Source: Fimbriimonadia bacterium
GTDB lineage: Bacteria; Armatimonadota; Fimbriimonadia; Fimbriimonadales; JABRVX01
Length of the DNA stretch: 64,000 nucleotides
Assembly (NCBI GenBank): GCA_041483895.1
Contig: JBGPGO010000017.1
Coordinates: 1 to 64,000, forward strand
Direction: 5' to 3'
Made by a program: the position numbers and the translations under genes
Notes under the pieces: generated by a model
Database searches by the model: none
The model's input: only the letters and a program-made list of their open reading frames with translations
What the model was told of the DNA's origin: nothing
Part shown: piece after piece, positions 1 through 9,373 of the stretch
How positions within the stretch are numbered: the stretch's first letter is position 1
Layout of the letters: each line of letters begins with the position of its first letter

Positions 1-124
1 AAGTGGGGAGGGGACTATTGGATGCCGCGCGCGGTGGCGGCAACTTTGATGCGACCGGTCTCCCGACCGAGTCGCAAGTGGGGAGGGGACTATTGGATGC
101 CGCGCGCGGTGGCGGCAACTTTGA
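1..124. repeat. 49-bp direct repeat (1-49, 76-124) separated by a REP-like family A element (48-76)
   Basis: aagtggggaggggactattggatgccgcgcgcggtggcggcaactttga occurs twice, 75 bp apart; the second copy contains the 3' end of the 90..1460 gene. Confidence 0.9.
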
Positions 125-1460
125 GCAGCTCCTCTTTGGACAGCCCCGAGGCGGTGAGAGCCAACCAACTGCTGCCGAATTGCCAAACGAGGGTGAATCG
201 CTGGAACGGACGGTCGATTTCGTACAGTTTACCGGCAAAGCTACCGATCTGGACCTGTTCGGCCTTCGCCGCCAATGAGCGGGACACGACGGCGCTGGTC
301 GGGTCGGAATGGTTCGATTGATAGAGAACGAGAGCTGTTCCTTTCGAAGGACCGATGAATTCGCTCACGAACATCCCGTCGCTGATGGAGGCGACTCGCA
401 CGGTGGTGTCGACCTGAGGCCGCACCCAATTTGGTTCGCCGCCGCCTTCTGGCGACTGTTGCTGGTTGAACTCTTTTTCCGCAATCGTCTGTTGGATTGC
501 CGCATCGTTCTCCGTTCTGCTTCCTACCGGTATGGCGGCAATTGCGGCGGCCTGTTCCTCTGTTTGCTGTTGCGCCAGCGCGAGGCTTATCTGCGCCGGC
601 GAGCCTTCCTGCGTTTGGCGCCCGGTGCGAACAGTTCGGATCTCAAATGTCCGAATGGGGGGCCGGGACCAGCTTGTGGCGAACTTCATGCCTTCCGGCA
701 GCGCAATCGCGGCTACCCAGGACTGGCTCTTTTGCTTGACCGCCAGCGCCTGCAGAGCGGCGAGAAACTCCCGATCGCCGCCTAAGGAGTTGATCTTTTC
801 GAAGGCCTGCGGAGAGACGATCCCAGGAATTTTCTGAGCGGCCGCGGGCACCGAGAACTGGGAGGCGGCAATCGGCTGGTTGACCGCGAATTCCAATACC
901 TCTCGCTCCGCGACCACATTTCCCTGCTCCAGCGATTGGCTCTTTAGTACAAGACCATACGTGTCGTCGATCCATAGCTTTTGCGCGTAGGCACTGTTGC
1001 CGTCGCGAGAGGTCAGGACCACCCAGCAGGTGCGGTCCGCAATCTTCTCCTGCCCTTGCAGCCTTGCTGGCTTTCCGTATTCGCGGCAGAAGACTTCCTT
1101 CGGCGCGGTAAACAGGTCTTTCGGCAGTTTCACCGGGTTCGCCATGGTCAGCCGATCGCCATCGAACGGTTCGGACAGCTCTAAGGAGGCGTTGAGCGCG
1201 GGCGCATAGACAAACGAGCCGGCTGCTGTCTGGAGTTCGACATGAGGCGTATCGGCGAAGGCCCCTCGGCAAGGAAAAATCCCTTCCACCCGAACGTTCT
1301 CCCCATCCCGGAGCAACGTGAAGGTCTTGGTGCTGACACGGGCGCCCGACTCCCGGACCTTCATTTGGACCGTGCGGACGTTGTCCCATCCCTGCCGGCC
1401 CCATGCCGCCGACAAAAGTACCAGCGGTAACAGAAGTACCATCCTTCGAAAATTGAACAT
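90..1460 (-). CDS. Secreted LolA/MucB-RseB-like (lipoprotein-sorting fold) protein
   Basis: Signal peptide, GGAGG RBS, motif GQEKIADRTCWVV...KLWIDDTYGLVLK...FAVNQPIAASQF. Confidence 0.6.
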   Translation of the reverse strand: MFNFRRMVLLLPLVLLSAAWGRQGWDNVRTVQMKVRESGARVSTKTFTLLRDGENVRVEGIFPCRGAFADTPHVELQTAAGSFVYAPALNASLELSEPFDGDRLTMANPVKLPKDLFTAPKEVFCREYGKPARLQGQEKIADRTCWVVLTSRDGNSAYAQKLWIDDTYGLVLKSQSLEQGNVVAEREVLEFAVNQPIAASQFSVPAAAQKIPGIVSPQAFEKINSLGGDREFLAALQALAVKQKSQSWVAAIALPEGMKFATSWSRPPIRTFEIRTVRTGRQTQEGSPAQISLALAQQQTEEQAAAIAAIPVGSRTENDAAIQQTIAEKEFNQQQSPEGGGEPNWVRPQVDTTVRVASISDGMFVSEFIGPSKGTALVLYQSNHSDPTSAVVSRSLAAKAEQVQIGSFAGKLYEIDRPFQRFTLVWQFGSSWLALTASGLSKEELLKVAATARGIQ

Positions 1461-1517
1461 GCCCGCCTCCTAGGTGGGGATTATTCCATGTTGGGGCGGT
1501 TCGAGTACACTTTCATT

Positions 1518-2444
1518 ATGGCCGACCGACCCCGCCTGGCAATCGTTATTCCCGCTTACAATGAAGAGGAACGGCTTCTGCGCACCTTACGTCGCTGTGC
1601 GGAATACTTGGATTTGAGCCCCCACCCCAACTCTCTCCCGCAAGCGGGGGAGGGGGTTAAGGCAGCCCCCGATGCCCCGGATGCGACCGGTCTCCTGACC
1701 GAGTCGCAAGCGGGGATGGAACTTGTGGACGCGACTCGGTCAGGAGACCGGTCGCATAGTGAATCCTTTGACGCGACTCGGTCAGGAGACCGGTCGCATC
1801 CAAATTACACCGTCACCATTGTCAGCGATGGCAGCACTGATGGCACCAATCGGATCGCGGCCGAATTCGCCAAGGAGCATCCCAATTTCAAGCTTCTTTC
1901 CTATGAGCCGAACCGGGGCAAGGGGTGTGCGGTCCGCAAGGGCATGCTGAACGCGGAGGCCGACCTGCTGCTGTTCATGGACGCCGACCTGGCCACGCCG
2001 CTGGAGGAGTTGACGAAGCTGGAATCGGCCATCGAAGCGGGCGCGGACATCGCGATTGGTTCCCGTCCGTTGCGCGAATCAAACTTGCTTGTACGACAAC
2101 CGTTCTATCGGGAATGGCTTGGACGAGGCTTCAACAAGGCGGTGCAGCTTCTGGGAGTGCCGGGCATTCAGGACACGCAGTGCGGGTTCAAGCTGTTCAA
2201 ACGGGATGCGGCCCACGACGTGTTCTCGCGCTGCACGTACAATGGGTTCTCGTCGGACATCGAGGCTTTGTATATTGCTCGAATGCTTGGTTACAAGATC
2301 GTAGAGGTGCCCATCGCCTGGGCGCATCAGCCGGGCTCGAAGGTCAGCCTCCTGCGCGACGGCGCCCGGATGATGTGGGACCTGATCAAGCTGCGGTCCA
2401 AAGGCCGGGCCAAATTTGCCGCTCGCCGGCCGGAACGCGCCTAG
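1518..2444 (+). CDS. GT2 glycosyltransferase (dolichyl-phosphate beta-glucosyltransferase-like) with a ~60-aa repeat-derived insertion
   Basis: IVIPAYNEE, DGSTDGT, NRGKG, MDAD and DTQCGFKLF motifs; TACACT 6 nt before ATG 1518. Confidence 0.9.
   Translation: MADRPRLAIVIPAYNEEERLLRTLRRCAEYLDLSPHPNSLPQAGEGVKAAPDAPDATGLLTESQAGMELVDATRSGDRSHSESFDATRSGDRSHPNYTVTIVSDGSTDGTNRIAAEFAKEHPNFKLLSYEPNRGKGCAVRKGMLNAEADLLLFMDADLATPLEELTKLESAIEAGADIAIGSRPLRESNLLVRQPFYREWLGRGFNKAVQLLGVPGIQDTQCGFKLFKRDAAHDVFSRCTYNGFSSDIEALYIARMLGYKIVEVPIAWAHQPGSKVSLLRDGARMMWDLIKLRSKGRAKFAARRPERA
1619..1800. repeat. Cluster of REP-like elements (one family B, three family A) inside the GT2 reading frame
   Basis: B ccccaccccaactctctcccgcaagcgggggagggg about 1619-1657; A gatgcgaccggtctcctgaccgagtcgca 1680-1708 with inverted copies 1731-1757 and 1773-1800. 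Confidence 0.9.
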
Positions 2445-2452
2445 CCCCGTGT

Positions 2453-3160
2453 ATGAATGTCGAAGAATACGACCGCCTTTACCGCTATGAAGACAGCTAT
2501 TGGTGGTTTGTCGCGCGCCGGGAACTGGCGGTCCAGCTTGTTCGCGATGCCGCGCCGGAACTGATCCTAGATGTGGGCTGCGGGGCGGGGGCGGGGGCAA
2601 GGGACCTTTCGCAAATCGGGATCGTTGTGAGCTGCGACCTGAGCGATTTGGCTCTGGGTTACTGCCGAATGCGTGGACTGGGCCGACTCGCGAAAGGCGA
2701 CCTGCAGCGGCTGCCGTTCGCATCCGATTCCTTTGACTGTGTGGTTGCGTTGGATGTGATCGAGCATGTGGAGGATGACGCGCGGGCCTTCGCGGAGATG
2801 GCGCGAGTGCTGCGGCCCGGCGGGAGATTGGTGTTGACCACGCCTGCCTATCCTTGGATGTGGAGCGGCCATGATGTGGCTCTGCATCACTATCGGCGCT
2901 ACTCGATGGGACAGGTGGAGCGGCTGGCCCGGTCCGCCGGCTTCGAGAGCATCGGTCAGAGCTATTCTGTTTTCCTTCTCCTTCCCCTCGTTGCTTTGGC
3001 TCGTTTGCTCTGCCGGGGTTCTAAGAGGGCAAGCCTTTGGTGGCCAGGGGGCGTTGTCAATCGGCTCTTGCTGGGGCTGATGCGGTTTGAAAACCGGGTC
3101 CGGGGCTTCGTGGTCTATCCGTGGGGTGTGAGCATCGTCTTGGTCGCGGAGAAGCGCTGA
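2453..3160 (+). CDS. Class I SAM-dependent methyltransferase
   Basis: ILDVGCGAG, LPFASDSFD, DVIEH, RVLRPGG and HYRRY motifs; the upstream extension in the ORF track overlaps GT2. Confidence 0.9.
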   Translation: MNVEEYDRLYRYEDSYWWFVARRELAVQLVRDAAPELILDVGCGAGAGARDLSQIGIVVSCDLSDLALGYCRMRGLGRLAKGDLQRLPFASDSFDCVVALDVIEHVEDDARAFAEMARVLRPGGRLVLTTPAYPWMWSGHDVALHHYRRYSMGQVERLARSAGFESIGQSYSVFLLLPLVALARLLCRGSKRASLWWPGGVVNRLLLGLMRFENRVRGFVVYPWGVSIVLVAEKR

Positions 3161-3966
3161 TGGTCCTTGAGGCGTTCGCCGGGCTGATGGGGTATGCGGC
3201 GCTGATTGAACCCGGACTAATGGCGCACCGACGGTTTTCCATCGAGCTTCCCGGACTGCCGGAGGGTTGGCGAGGGGCAACGATCCACTTCGTGACGGAT
3301 ATTCATTGCAACCGATGGACGCGGATGGAGGCGCGGATTCAGAAAGCGCTGTCGGAGCCCGCTGATCTGATTCTCCTTGGTGGAGACATCATCCATGACA
3401 ATGCTGCGGTCGGACATATCAGACGGATCCTATCGACTGCGCGGAGCAGGCATGGGGTGTTCGGAGTCTTGGGAAACGCGGAGCGGAAAGGCTGGGTTGA
3501 TACCGAGGGGGCGGTTCGAGACTTGGAGGCTATTGGCGTTGAGATGCTGGCCAACCGCCACGTTTGCCTCGAACGGGATAATTCCGTTTTGCGGCTTGTC
3601 GGCGTCGACGATCCGTACAAGGGTCGGCCGGACCTGGCGGCGGCGCTGCCGAAAGAACCTGGTTTCCGAATCCTGTTGGCGCATGCCCCGCAAATCCTTC
3701 GCGATCCTTTGGTGCAGGATGTGGACCTGATTCTGGCCGGACACACGCACGGGGGCCAAGTTCGGCTGCCGTTCTTCGGACCGCTCGGGGCTCATAGCGC
3801 GTTTGAGTTCCGGTGGTCTGCCGGTCTTTTTCCGCCGGAACGCATTATGAAGGCGTTTCGATACGCGCGAGCGCCGACCCTTTACGTCTCCAAGGGCATC
3901 GCAACGGGCACAATCCACTTCCGATTTTGCTGCCTGCCGGAGATTCAGACGATCACGCTCGTGTAG
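3160..3966 (+). CDS. Metallophosphoesterase (YkuE/YaeI-like)
   Basis: DIH, GGD, GNAE, LAHAP and GHTHGGQ motifs; TGATG coupling to the upstream gene. Confidence 0.85.
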   Translation: MVLEAFAGLMGYAALIEPGLMAHRRFSIELPGLPEGWRGATIHFVTDIHCNRWTRMEARIQKALSEPADLILLGGDIIHDNAAVGHIRRILSTARSRHGVFGVLGNAERKGWVDTEGAVRDLEAIGVEMLANRHVCLERDNSVLRLVGVDDPYKGRPDLAAALPKEPGFRILLAHAPQILRDPLVQDVDLILAGHTHGGQVRLPFFGPLGAHSAFEFRWSAGLFPPERIMKAFRYARAPTLYVSKGIATGTIHFRFCCLPEIQTITLV

Positions 3967-3997
3967 GAGCCGCCGGTCGTGTGACGAAGCAGAACGC

Positions 3998-4189
3998 ATG
4001 ATCACGATAGCAAGACCTGATACCGAGCGACTTGGGCAGCTTCTGCGAATTCGAATGAAATGGACCCCCTCTGAAGTGGCCCATTTTGCCGAGGCCATTT
4101 CCGGAATCGTCGATCCGATTTGCGAACAATGTGAGCAACAGCTTTCCCGATTGGAACAACGGATTGAAGAGTTGGAGCGGAAGGGTTAG
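3998..4189 (+). CDS. Small hypothetical coiled-coil protein
   Basis: 63-aa ORF filling the gap, ending LSRLEQRIEELER. Confidence 0.5.
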   Translation: MITIARPDTERLGQLLRIRMKWTPSEVAHFAEAISGIVDPICEQCEQQLSRLEQRIEELERKG

Positions 4190-4485
4190 GCAAGCCGCCC
4201 GAAAGAAAAAACGTCCTCCACCATTCGGATGTCTCCATGGGCGTTAATATACCGCTCCGCCTTCTCGACGTCCTCCGGGGTAAAGCCGTACAGTCGGTAG
4301 GCGATGAGGTCGATCAGTTCGCAGACGTCATCGACCGGCTGCCCTTGCCGCTTTCGATCGGTAGCCTCTTTTGCGAGCCATGCGAGCAGGTCGTGCACTT
4401 CCATCGGCACTTCCCTTACCGGTCCTTCCGGCAGGCTGCGGCCGAGTTCCGATTCGAGAAACTGCTGGTAGCGTTCCGGCGTCAC
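4186..4485 (-). CDS. Hypothetical protein; C-terminus resembles the tail of Eco57I/TaqI-like methylases
   Basis: IDLIAYRLYGFTPEDV motif; TATTGT 6 nt before the GTG start. Confidence 0.55.
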   Translation of the reverse strand: MTPERYQQFLESELGRSLPEGPVREVPMEVHDLLAWLAKEATDRKRQGQPVDDVCELIDLIAYRLYGFTPEDVEKAERYINAHGDIRMVEDVFSFGRLA

Positions 4486-4505
4486 GGGCTAACAATAGCA
4501 CAAGA

Positions 4506-6230
4506 TCAGGCGGTTAGGCGATGGTCGTTCGGCGCAACGGCGATGCGGTTGCGGCCGGAGCGCTTCGCAATGTAAAGGGCGTTATCAGCGGCCTTGACCA
4601 AGTCATTCGGGTTTGTGAGGAAGTTGGTGTCGAGGGTTGCGACGCCGCCGCTGATAGTGAGCGGCTCGCCGCTTGGAAGAAGATTCTGGACCTTCTCGCG
4701 AATTCTTTCCGCGAGGACGGTGGCTCCCTGTAGATCGGTGTGAGGCAGCCCGATCGCGAATTCTTCTCCGCCATATCGCGCCGCGAAGTCGCTTTCGCGG
4801 ACGACCTGTTGGATCACCTGGGCAACTTCACGAAGGGCCACGTCTCCGGCCGGGTGGCCTAGGCGGTCGTTGTATTGCTTGAAATGATCCACATCCAGCA
4901 TAATCACGCTAAACGGAGCTGAATACCGGACTGCCTCGGAAAAGGCGGAGGCCAACCGCTCGTGGAAGCTTCGGTGGTTGAGGGCGCCGGTCAAACCGTC
5001 TGTGAGCGCAAGCTGTTTGAGGCGCGAGTTCAGTGTTTCCAATTGCGAATTTTGCCACTGGAGGCGCTCGTTCAGGTCTTGCGACTCCATGCCGTAGTTG
5101 ATCATTTGGTTGTGCAGGGTCTGGAGAGTCGCGAACTGCGCCTCAATCTCCTGTTTCTGCTGATCGGTCTTGAGAAAGGCTTCGTCAAGCTGTATCGCCA
5201 TTGTGTTGAAGCTCTTGGCCATTGAATCAAATACATCCCCCGAACCGTTCTCATCTACGCGCGTTCTGAAGTCGCCATCCGCAAGGGTCTTTGCCCTGTT
5301 GGCGAGCAGTTTGAGCGGATTTTGGACCATTCTCGTCAACGGGATTGCGATCAGTAGCGCTACGACAACAGCAAGGATGGCGCCGACGATTGTCCTCCAT
5401 CGCAAAATGATGTCCCGAAATGCGGCATCGGGATTGGGATCGATCGTGATCAATGTGGCGACCTTGTGGCCTTCTCGATCCATTATGGGCGTCGCGACGG
5501 CTTTCTTGTGGCCGGCCAGATCAATGACCCGTTCCTCGGTCGCCGCCTTGCTCCAACTTTTGATATCGTCCGGCGTCGCATCGGACGGAAAGGTTCCTTT
5601 TGCGAACTGTTCGGCCCCGGAGCAAAATGCGACCGGCCTGCCGATCGTGTCAGCGATTCCTGCGACAAAGTCGTTGTCAATATACCGCGCGAACAGGAGA
5701 ACTCCGACCGACGGCCCTTTCCCATCCTTCGTCAGGATCGGGGAAGCGGCGACCATTGCAGGCCTGTTCCCCAGAAGCTCCAACCCTGAGCAGGCTCTGC
5801 CGCGTGCGGCGGTTCGATAGGCGTAGAGACTTTGCAGCTTCCACTCTTCCTGATCCCCCGTGATCCCACGGCGGCCGAGCAACGTGCCATCCGGAGCCGC
5901 GACGCGTATAACGGACGGGGGAATGATCCATGTAGCGTCGAGGAGATTGGTCTTGATCCAAGCCGTGTCGCGCTTCTGGGCTGCTTCGTAGAATTCTTTC
6001 CACATGCAATTGTCGTCGACCAACTGTCCGAGCGCGGCAGTCTCTTTATCCATGGTCCGGCCCGCGACCTGCTGAAGGACCGTCGCTTCGGAGCGGTCCT
6101 TTTCTTCCATGGAACGAGCTGTAATCCATTGCACCATGTATCGTTGGCAGGCGGTAAGCGCCAGCAGACCGATAAGGACGGTCGCCGGCAAACGAATATG
6201 AAATGGCAGCCTTCTCCAGTATTGCGACAT
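4506..6230 (-). CDS. Membrane diguanylate cyclase (CHASE4-like sensor, HAMP, GGDEF)
   Basis: Two TM helices, TDGLTG, DVDHFKQYND, RYGGEEF and ADNALY motifs; start MSQY chosen to avoid overlap with iscS. Confidence 0.9.
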   Translation of the reverse strand: MSQYWRRLPFHIRLPATVLIGLLALTACQRYMVQWITARSMEEKDRSEATVLQQVAGRTMDKETAALGQLVDDNCMWKEFYEAAQKRDTAWIKTNLLDATWIIPPSVIRVAAPDGTLLGRRGITGDQEEWKLQSLYAYRTAARGRACSGLELLGNRPAMVAASPILTKDGKGPSVGVLLFARYIDNDFVAGIADTIGRPVAFCSGAEQFAKGTFPSDATPDDIKSWSKAATEERVIDLAGHKKAVATPIMDREGHKVATLITIDPNPDAAFRDIILRWRTIVGAILAVVVALLIAIPLTRMVQNPLKLLANRAKTLADGDFRTRVDENGSGDVFDSMAKSFNTMAIQLDEAFLKTDQQKQEIEAQFATLQTLHNQMINYGMESQDLNERLQWQNSQLETLNSRLKQLALTDGLTGALNHRSFHERLASAFSEAVRYSAPFSVIMLDVDHFKQYNDRLGHPAGDVALREVAQVIQQVVRESDFAARYGGEEFAIGLPHTDLQGATVLAERIREKVQNLLPSGEPLTISGGVATLDTNFLTNPNDLVKAADNALYIAKRSGRNRIAVAPNDHRLTA

Positions 6231-6337
6231 CGCCCGCAAATCCCTTCGCCTAAGACCAGCGTTCGTAGACGCGCCGATGCCTGTCGCCGCGGACGTCTCA
6301 CGGCAATACTTCCATGCCGCCAATTTGATTTCCCCGG

Positions 6338-7459
6338 TTAATTGACGGGGCTTGCAGTGCGAATCCCGGCGACGATCCGGGCAAGCGTTTCGGCGGCACG
6401 AACCGGATCGTCCGTTGAGTTTGCGCGTCCGAAGCTGAATCGGAGGCCACAAACCGCATCTGCGTCGCTCTTGCCGATGGCGGTGAGAACGTGCGACTTT
6501 TCGACAGCCCCGCTGCTGCAGGCCGCCCCGCTGGAGGCGGCAATGCCTTCCCGATCCAGCGCAATCAGAACGGTCTCCGCCTTGGCGCCGGCAAGTATGA
6601 GGTGGCTGATACCGGGATGGCGTTCGACCGATTCGGCGGTGATGCGGACATCCGGAATTCGGTCCTTGACTTCCTGTTCGAATCGGTCACGCAGGCGTCG
6701 GTTGGTGGTATCCAGCCGCTGCACGGCTTTGGCGAAACCGGCAATACCGATCAAATTCTCGGTCCCCGCGCGCCGCTCGCGTTCCTGGCCGCCTCCGACG
6801 GTGATCGGGTGCAGCCGCAATCCTGGCCGGATTGCGAGGCAGCCGACCCCCTTCGGGCCGTAGATCTTGTGGGCGGAAAGGCTGATCAGGTCGGCGGAGT
6901 TGGCCGAAAGAGGCAGAAAGCCGAATGATTGGACGGCATCCATCAGCAGCGGCGTCTCTTTTTCCCGGCAAATTTGGTGGATGTCCGCAATGGGCTGGAC
7001 TGTGCCGATCTCGTTGTTCGCGTGCATGACACATACGAGCGCCGCCGGCTCCGAGAGCAGTTCCCGGACGGCATCCGGATCGACAACCCCGTTGCTGTCT
7101 ACCGGTATCTCGACGATTTCGCACCCGAGTTCCTGGGCGAATTCCGTCGCACGGATCACACAATGATGCTCGACCGCTGAGTACAGGATTCTACAGCCGG
7201 GGTTGGCGAAGGCAACTCCCAGCACCGCCAGATTTGCCGCCTCGGTGCCGCTGGCGGTGAAGCAGATGTCGGCCTGTTGCGCTCCAAGAGACTTTGCTAT
7301 CGAATCACGTGCATCGTCCAGCAGGGCGACCGCTTCCCGTCCGAAGGCGTGCTGGCTGCTGGGATTGCCGAAGACCGCAGTCTGGCACTCGGTCATTGCC
7401 TCCCGCACTGCTTCGTCAACCGGCGTCGTTGCCGCATGGTCGAGATAGATGCCTTTCAC
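6338..7459 (-). CDS. iscS: Cysteine desulfurase
   Basis: YLDHAATTP, GNPSSQH, SAHKIYGPKG and SSGAACSS motifs. Confidence 0.92.
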   Translation of the reverse strand: MKGIYLDHAATTPVDEAVREAMTECQTAVFGNPSSQHAFGREAVALLDDARDSIAKSLGAQQADICFTASGTEAANLAVLGVAFANPGCRILYSAVEHHCVIRATEFAQELGCEIVEIPVDSNGVVDPDAVRELLSEPAALVCVMHANNEIGTVQPIADIHQICREKETPLLMDAVQSFGFLPLSANSADLISLSAHKIYGPKGVGCLAIRPGLRLHPITVGGGQERERRAGTENLIGIAGFAKAVQRLDTTNRRLRDRFEQEVKDRIPDVRITAESVERHPGISHLILAGAKAETVLIALDREGIAASSGAACSSGAVEKSHVLTAIGKSDADAVCGLRFSFGRANSTDDPVRAAETLARIVAGIRTASPVN

Positions 7460-7641
7460 AAGGTCAATTGTACATGGGATGCGGCTTTCTAGTTCGGCGC
7501 ATGAAGACTCTAACTTAATTTTGCGCGAAACGGCCCAGTTTCTCTTTTCTCTAACATGATGCTAACGATGTGCTAACAGGCGAGCCCCAAAATTGCCCGC
7601 ATTGACATGGCGCGGGAAGCGCGTGGGAAGGAGAATCGACC

Positions 7642-9018
7642 GTGCATATAGTGAAGCGTTTGGCTCCACTTGCCCTCCTCATGATTTGCGGAATTGCGGT
7701 GGGTGCAAGCAACGATCGATCCAGCGACGACGCGGCGGCCAAGAAAGCGAAAGTGGCCGCGGAGGCGAAAGAAAAGTTGGTCGAAATGGGCATCCTCAAT
7801 GCGAAGGCCAAGGACGTGGCGACGGGCGTGAAGACATTGGTGAAGGACGGGAAGGTAGGAACAGATGGGGATTCCGTCGAGTTGATGAAAGCGCTGCTGC
7901 AGCAGATGGACGACATGAAAGAGCAGATTTCGAAGCTGCAGGAGGATGTGACGGGGCTGTTGGGCTGGGTTGAGGGTCAGAACGAGAACCTGCCGATCAT
8001 GCAGAACGATATCGCGACGATCAAGAAATCTACGCCGACGACTTATATTCAATTTCAGTATTCAGACAACCAAACTAACGGCAACGCGGATGGCTTTGCC
8101 ATGCGACGGTTCCGAATCGGCCGAAAACTGACGATTGATCCGAGAACGAAGGTCAAATTGTCGTTCGATGTCGCAACCGGGGGTCAGCGACTCGCCGCAG
8201 AGCTGAAGGACGCCATTTTGGAGTACGACATTCAGCCCTCCGACGTGACCGTCGGCACGGAACTTTTGTTCGGCCAACAACCGCTCCCCATCGGTTACGA
8301 GATAGAACGATCCTCTAGCGATCGGGAATTCCCAGAGCGGTCGCTTTACAACCGGACGATGTTCAACGGCGAGCGGGATCGGGGCGGGCAGATCAAGTAT
8401 GGCATCAGCGACAAGGCGTTCATCCATGCCGGAATTTGGAACAGCATGACGATCCAAGATCCGCAGCAGGTGGCCGCCAATTCGTTTGCCAATGTCGGAG
8501 GGATTCTCGCCGGGACCGCCGGTATCCGAGTCTACGACGTTCACTATGATTTCGGCCTTGCCGGTTTCTTTGGCGAGAGGCCTGCGTTCACCGGTGGCCC
8601 GGCCGGCAACCAAAAAACCACGGACAAGGTCAATCGGCAAATCATCTATGCGGACGGTTCGTATGTCGGCGTTTTGTTCCCCCAACTCACGCTGCGCGGC
8701 GAGGTGATGCTGGGGAAGGACCGAGTTCCGACTAACGCATCAGATGGCACTCCGAGATTCCTTCACGAAACGAATGTTCTCGGCTGGCACGGGAATGCTA
8801 TCTGGAATGTGAACTATCGCAATCAGGTGGCGTTGAAGTTTGAATACTTCGATCCGGACCGCAATTCGCGGAACGACGGCACGAAAGGCTTTGGCATCGC
8901 ATGGATCCACTACCTGAATCCCGGCGTGAAGCTGACTGCCGCCTACGAAATCTTTGACGAAGAGGGGACCGAGTCCCGCAACAACGTCACGACCATTCGA
9001 ATGCAATTCAAGCTGTAG
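7642..9018 (+). CDS. Outer-membrane porin (OprO/P-like) with N-terminal coiled coil
   Basis: Signal peptide, FAMRRFRIG, ELKDA, SSSDREFPERS; amphipathic strand ending QFKL. Confidence 0.75.
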   Translation: MHIVKRLAPLALLMICGIAVGASNDRSSDDAAAKKAKVAAEAKEKLVEMGILNAKAKDVATGVKTLVKDGKVGTDGDSVELMKALLQQMDDMKEQISKLQEDVTGLLGWVEGQNENLPIMQNDIATIKKSTPTTYIQFQYSDNQTNGNADGFAMRRFRIGRKLTIDPRTKVKLSFDVATGGQRLAAELKDAILEYDIQPSDVTVGTELLFGQQPLPIGYEIERSSSDREFPERSLYNRTMFNGERDRGGQIKYGISDKAFIHAGIWNSMTIQDPQQVAANSFANVGGILAGTAGIRVYDVHYDFGLAGFFGERPAFTGGPAGNQKTTDKVNRQIIYADGSYVGVLFPQLTLRGEVMLGKDRVPTNASDGTPRFLHETNVLGWHGNAIWNVNYRNQVALKFEYFDPDRNSRNDGTKGFGIAWIHYLNPGVKLTAAYEIFDEEGTESRNNVTTIRMQFKL

Positions 9019-9265
9019 TTTGAGAAGGGAAACATGAGTAGATGTTTGAGCTTGGCGATAACTGTTGGGTAGACCGGAGGCTAAGCCTCGATCAAGGGCT
9101 TCGACACGTTGAAGCCCGTGAGGCGGCCGACGGAGGACTACATACGCGGTAAGTTTGGGTAGGCTATCGTTCGCGTGAAGTAAACACGTTAGCCAGATAC
9201 AAATATTGGGCTTATCCGTTTCGAATAGGTATAATTGCGAGACGGAGTGCAACTTTTCAGTCGAA

Positions 9266-9276
9266 TGTGGCATAAT
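9266..9276 (+). promoter_or_regulatory. Candidate extended -10 promoter for the DUF3800 RNA/gene
   Basis: tgtggCATAAT (TGn plus -10 box) about 20 nt before the hairpins. Confidence 0.5.
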
Positions 9277-9282
9277 ACAAAG

Positions 9283-9360
9283 TAGAAACGTCTAAAGGTC
9301 GTCCCCGTCTTCGGACTGGGCGGCAGATCCTGTGGCCACGGAAGTGGCCGCAGTTGATAT
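9283..9360 (+). ncRNA. Candidate structured RNA (DUF3800-associated) with two tetraloop hairpins
   Basis: Hairpin 9298-9324 capped by C(UUCG)G; 10-bp hairpin 9330-9353 with a GGAA GNRA loop. Confidence 0.6.
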
Positions 9361-9373
9361 TTGAGGCTAAGAT

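Noticed and set aside
1925..2452. Long N-terminal extension of the methyltransferase
   Set aside because: Overlaps the GT2 gene; the domain starts at ATG 2453
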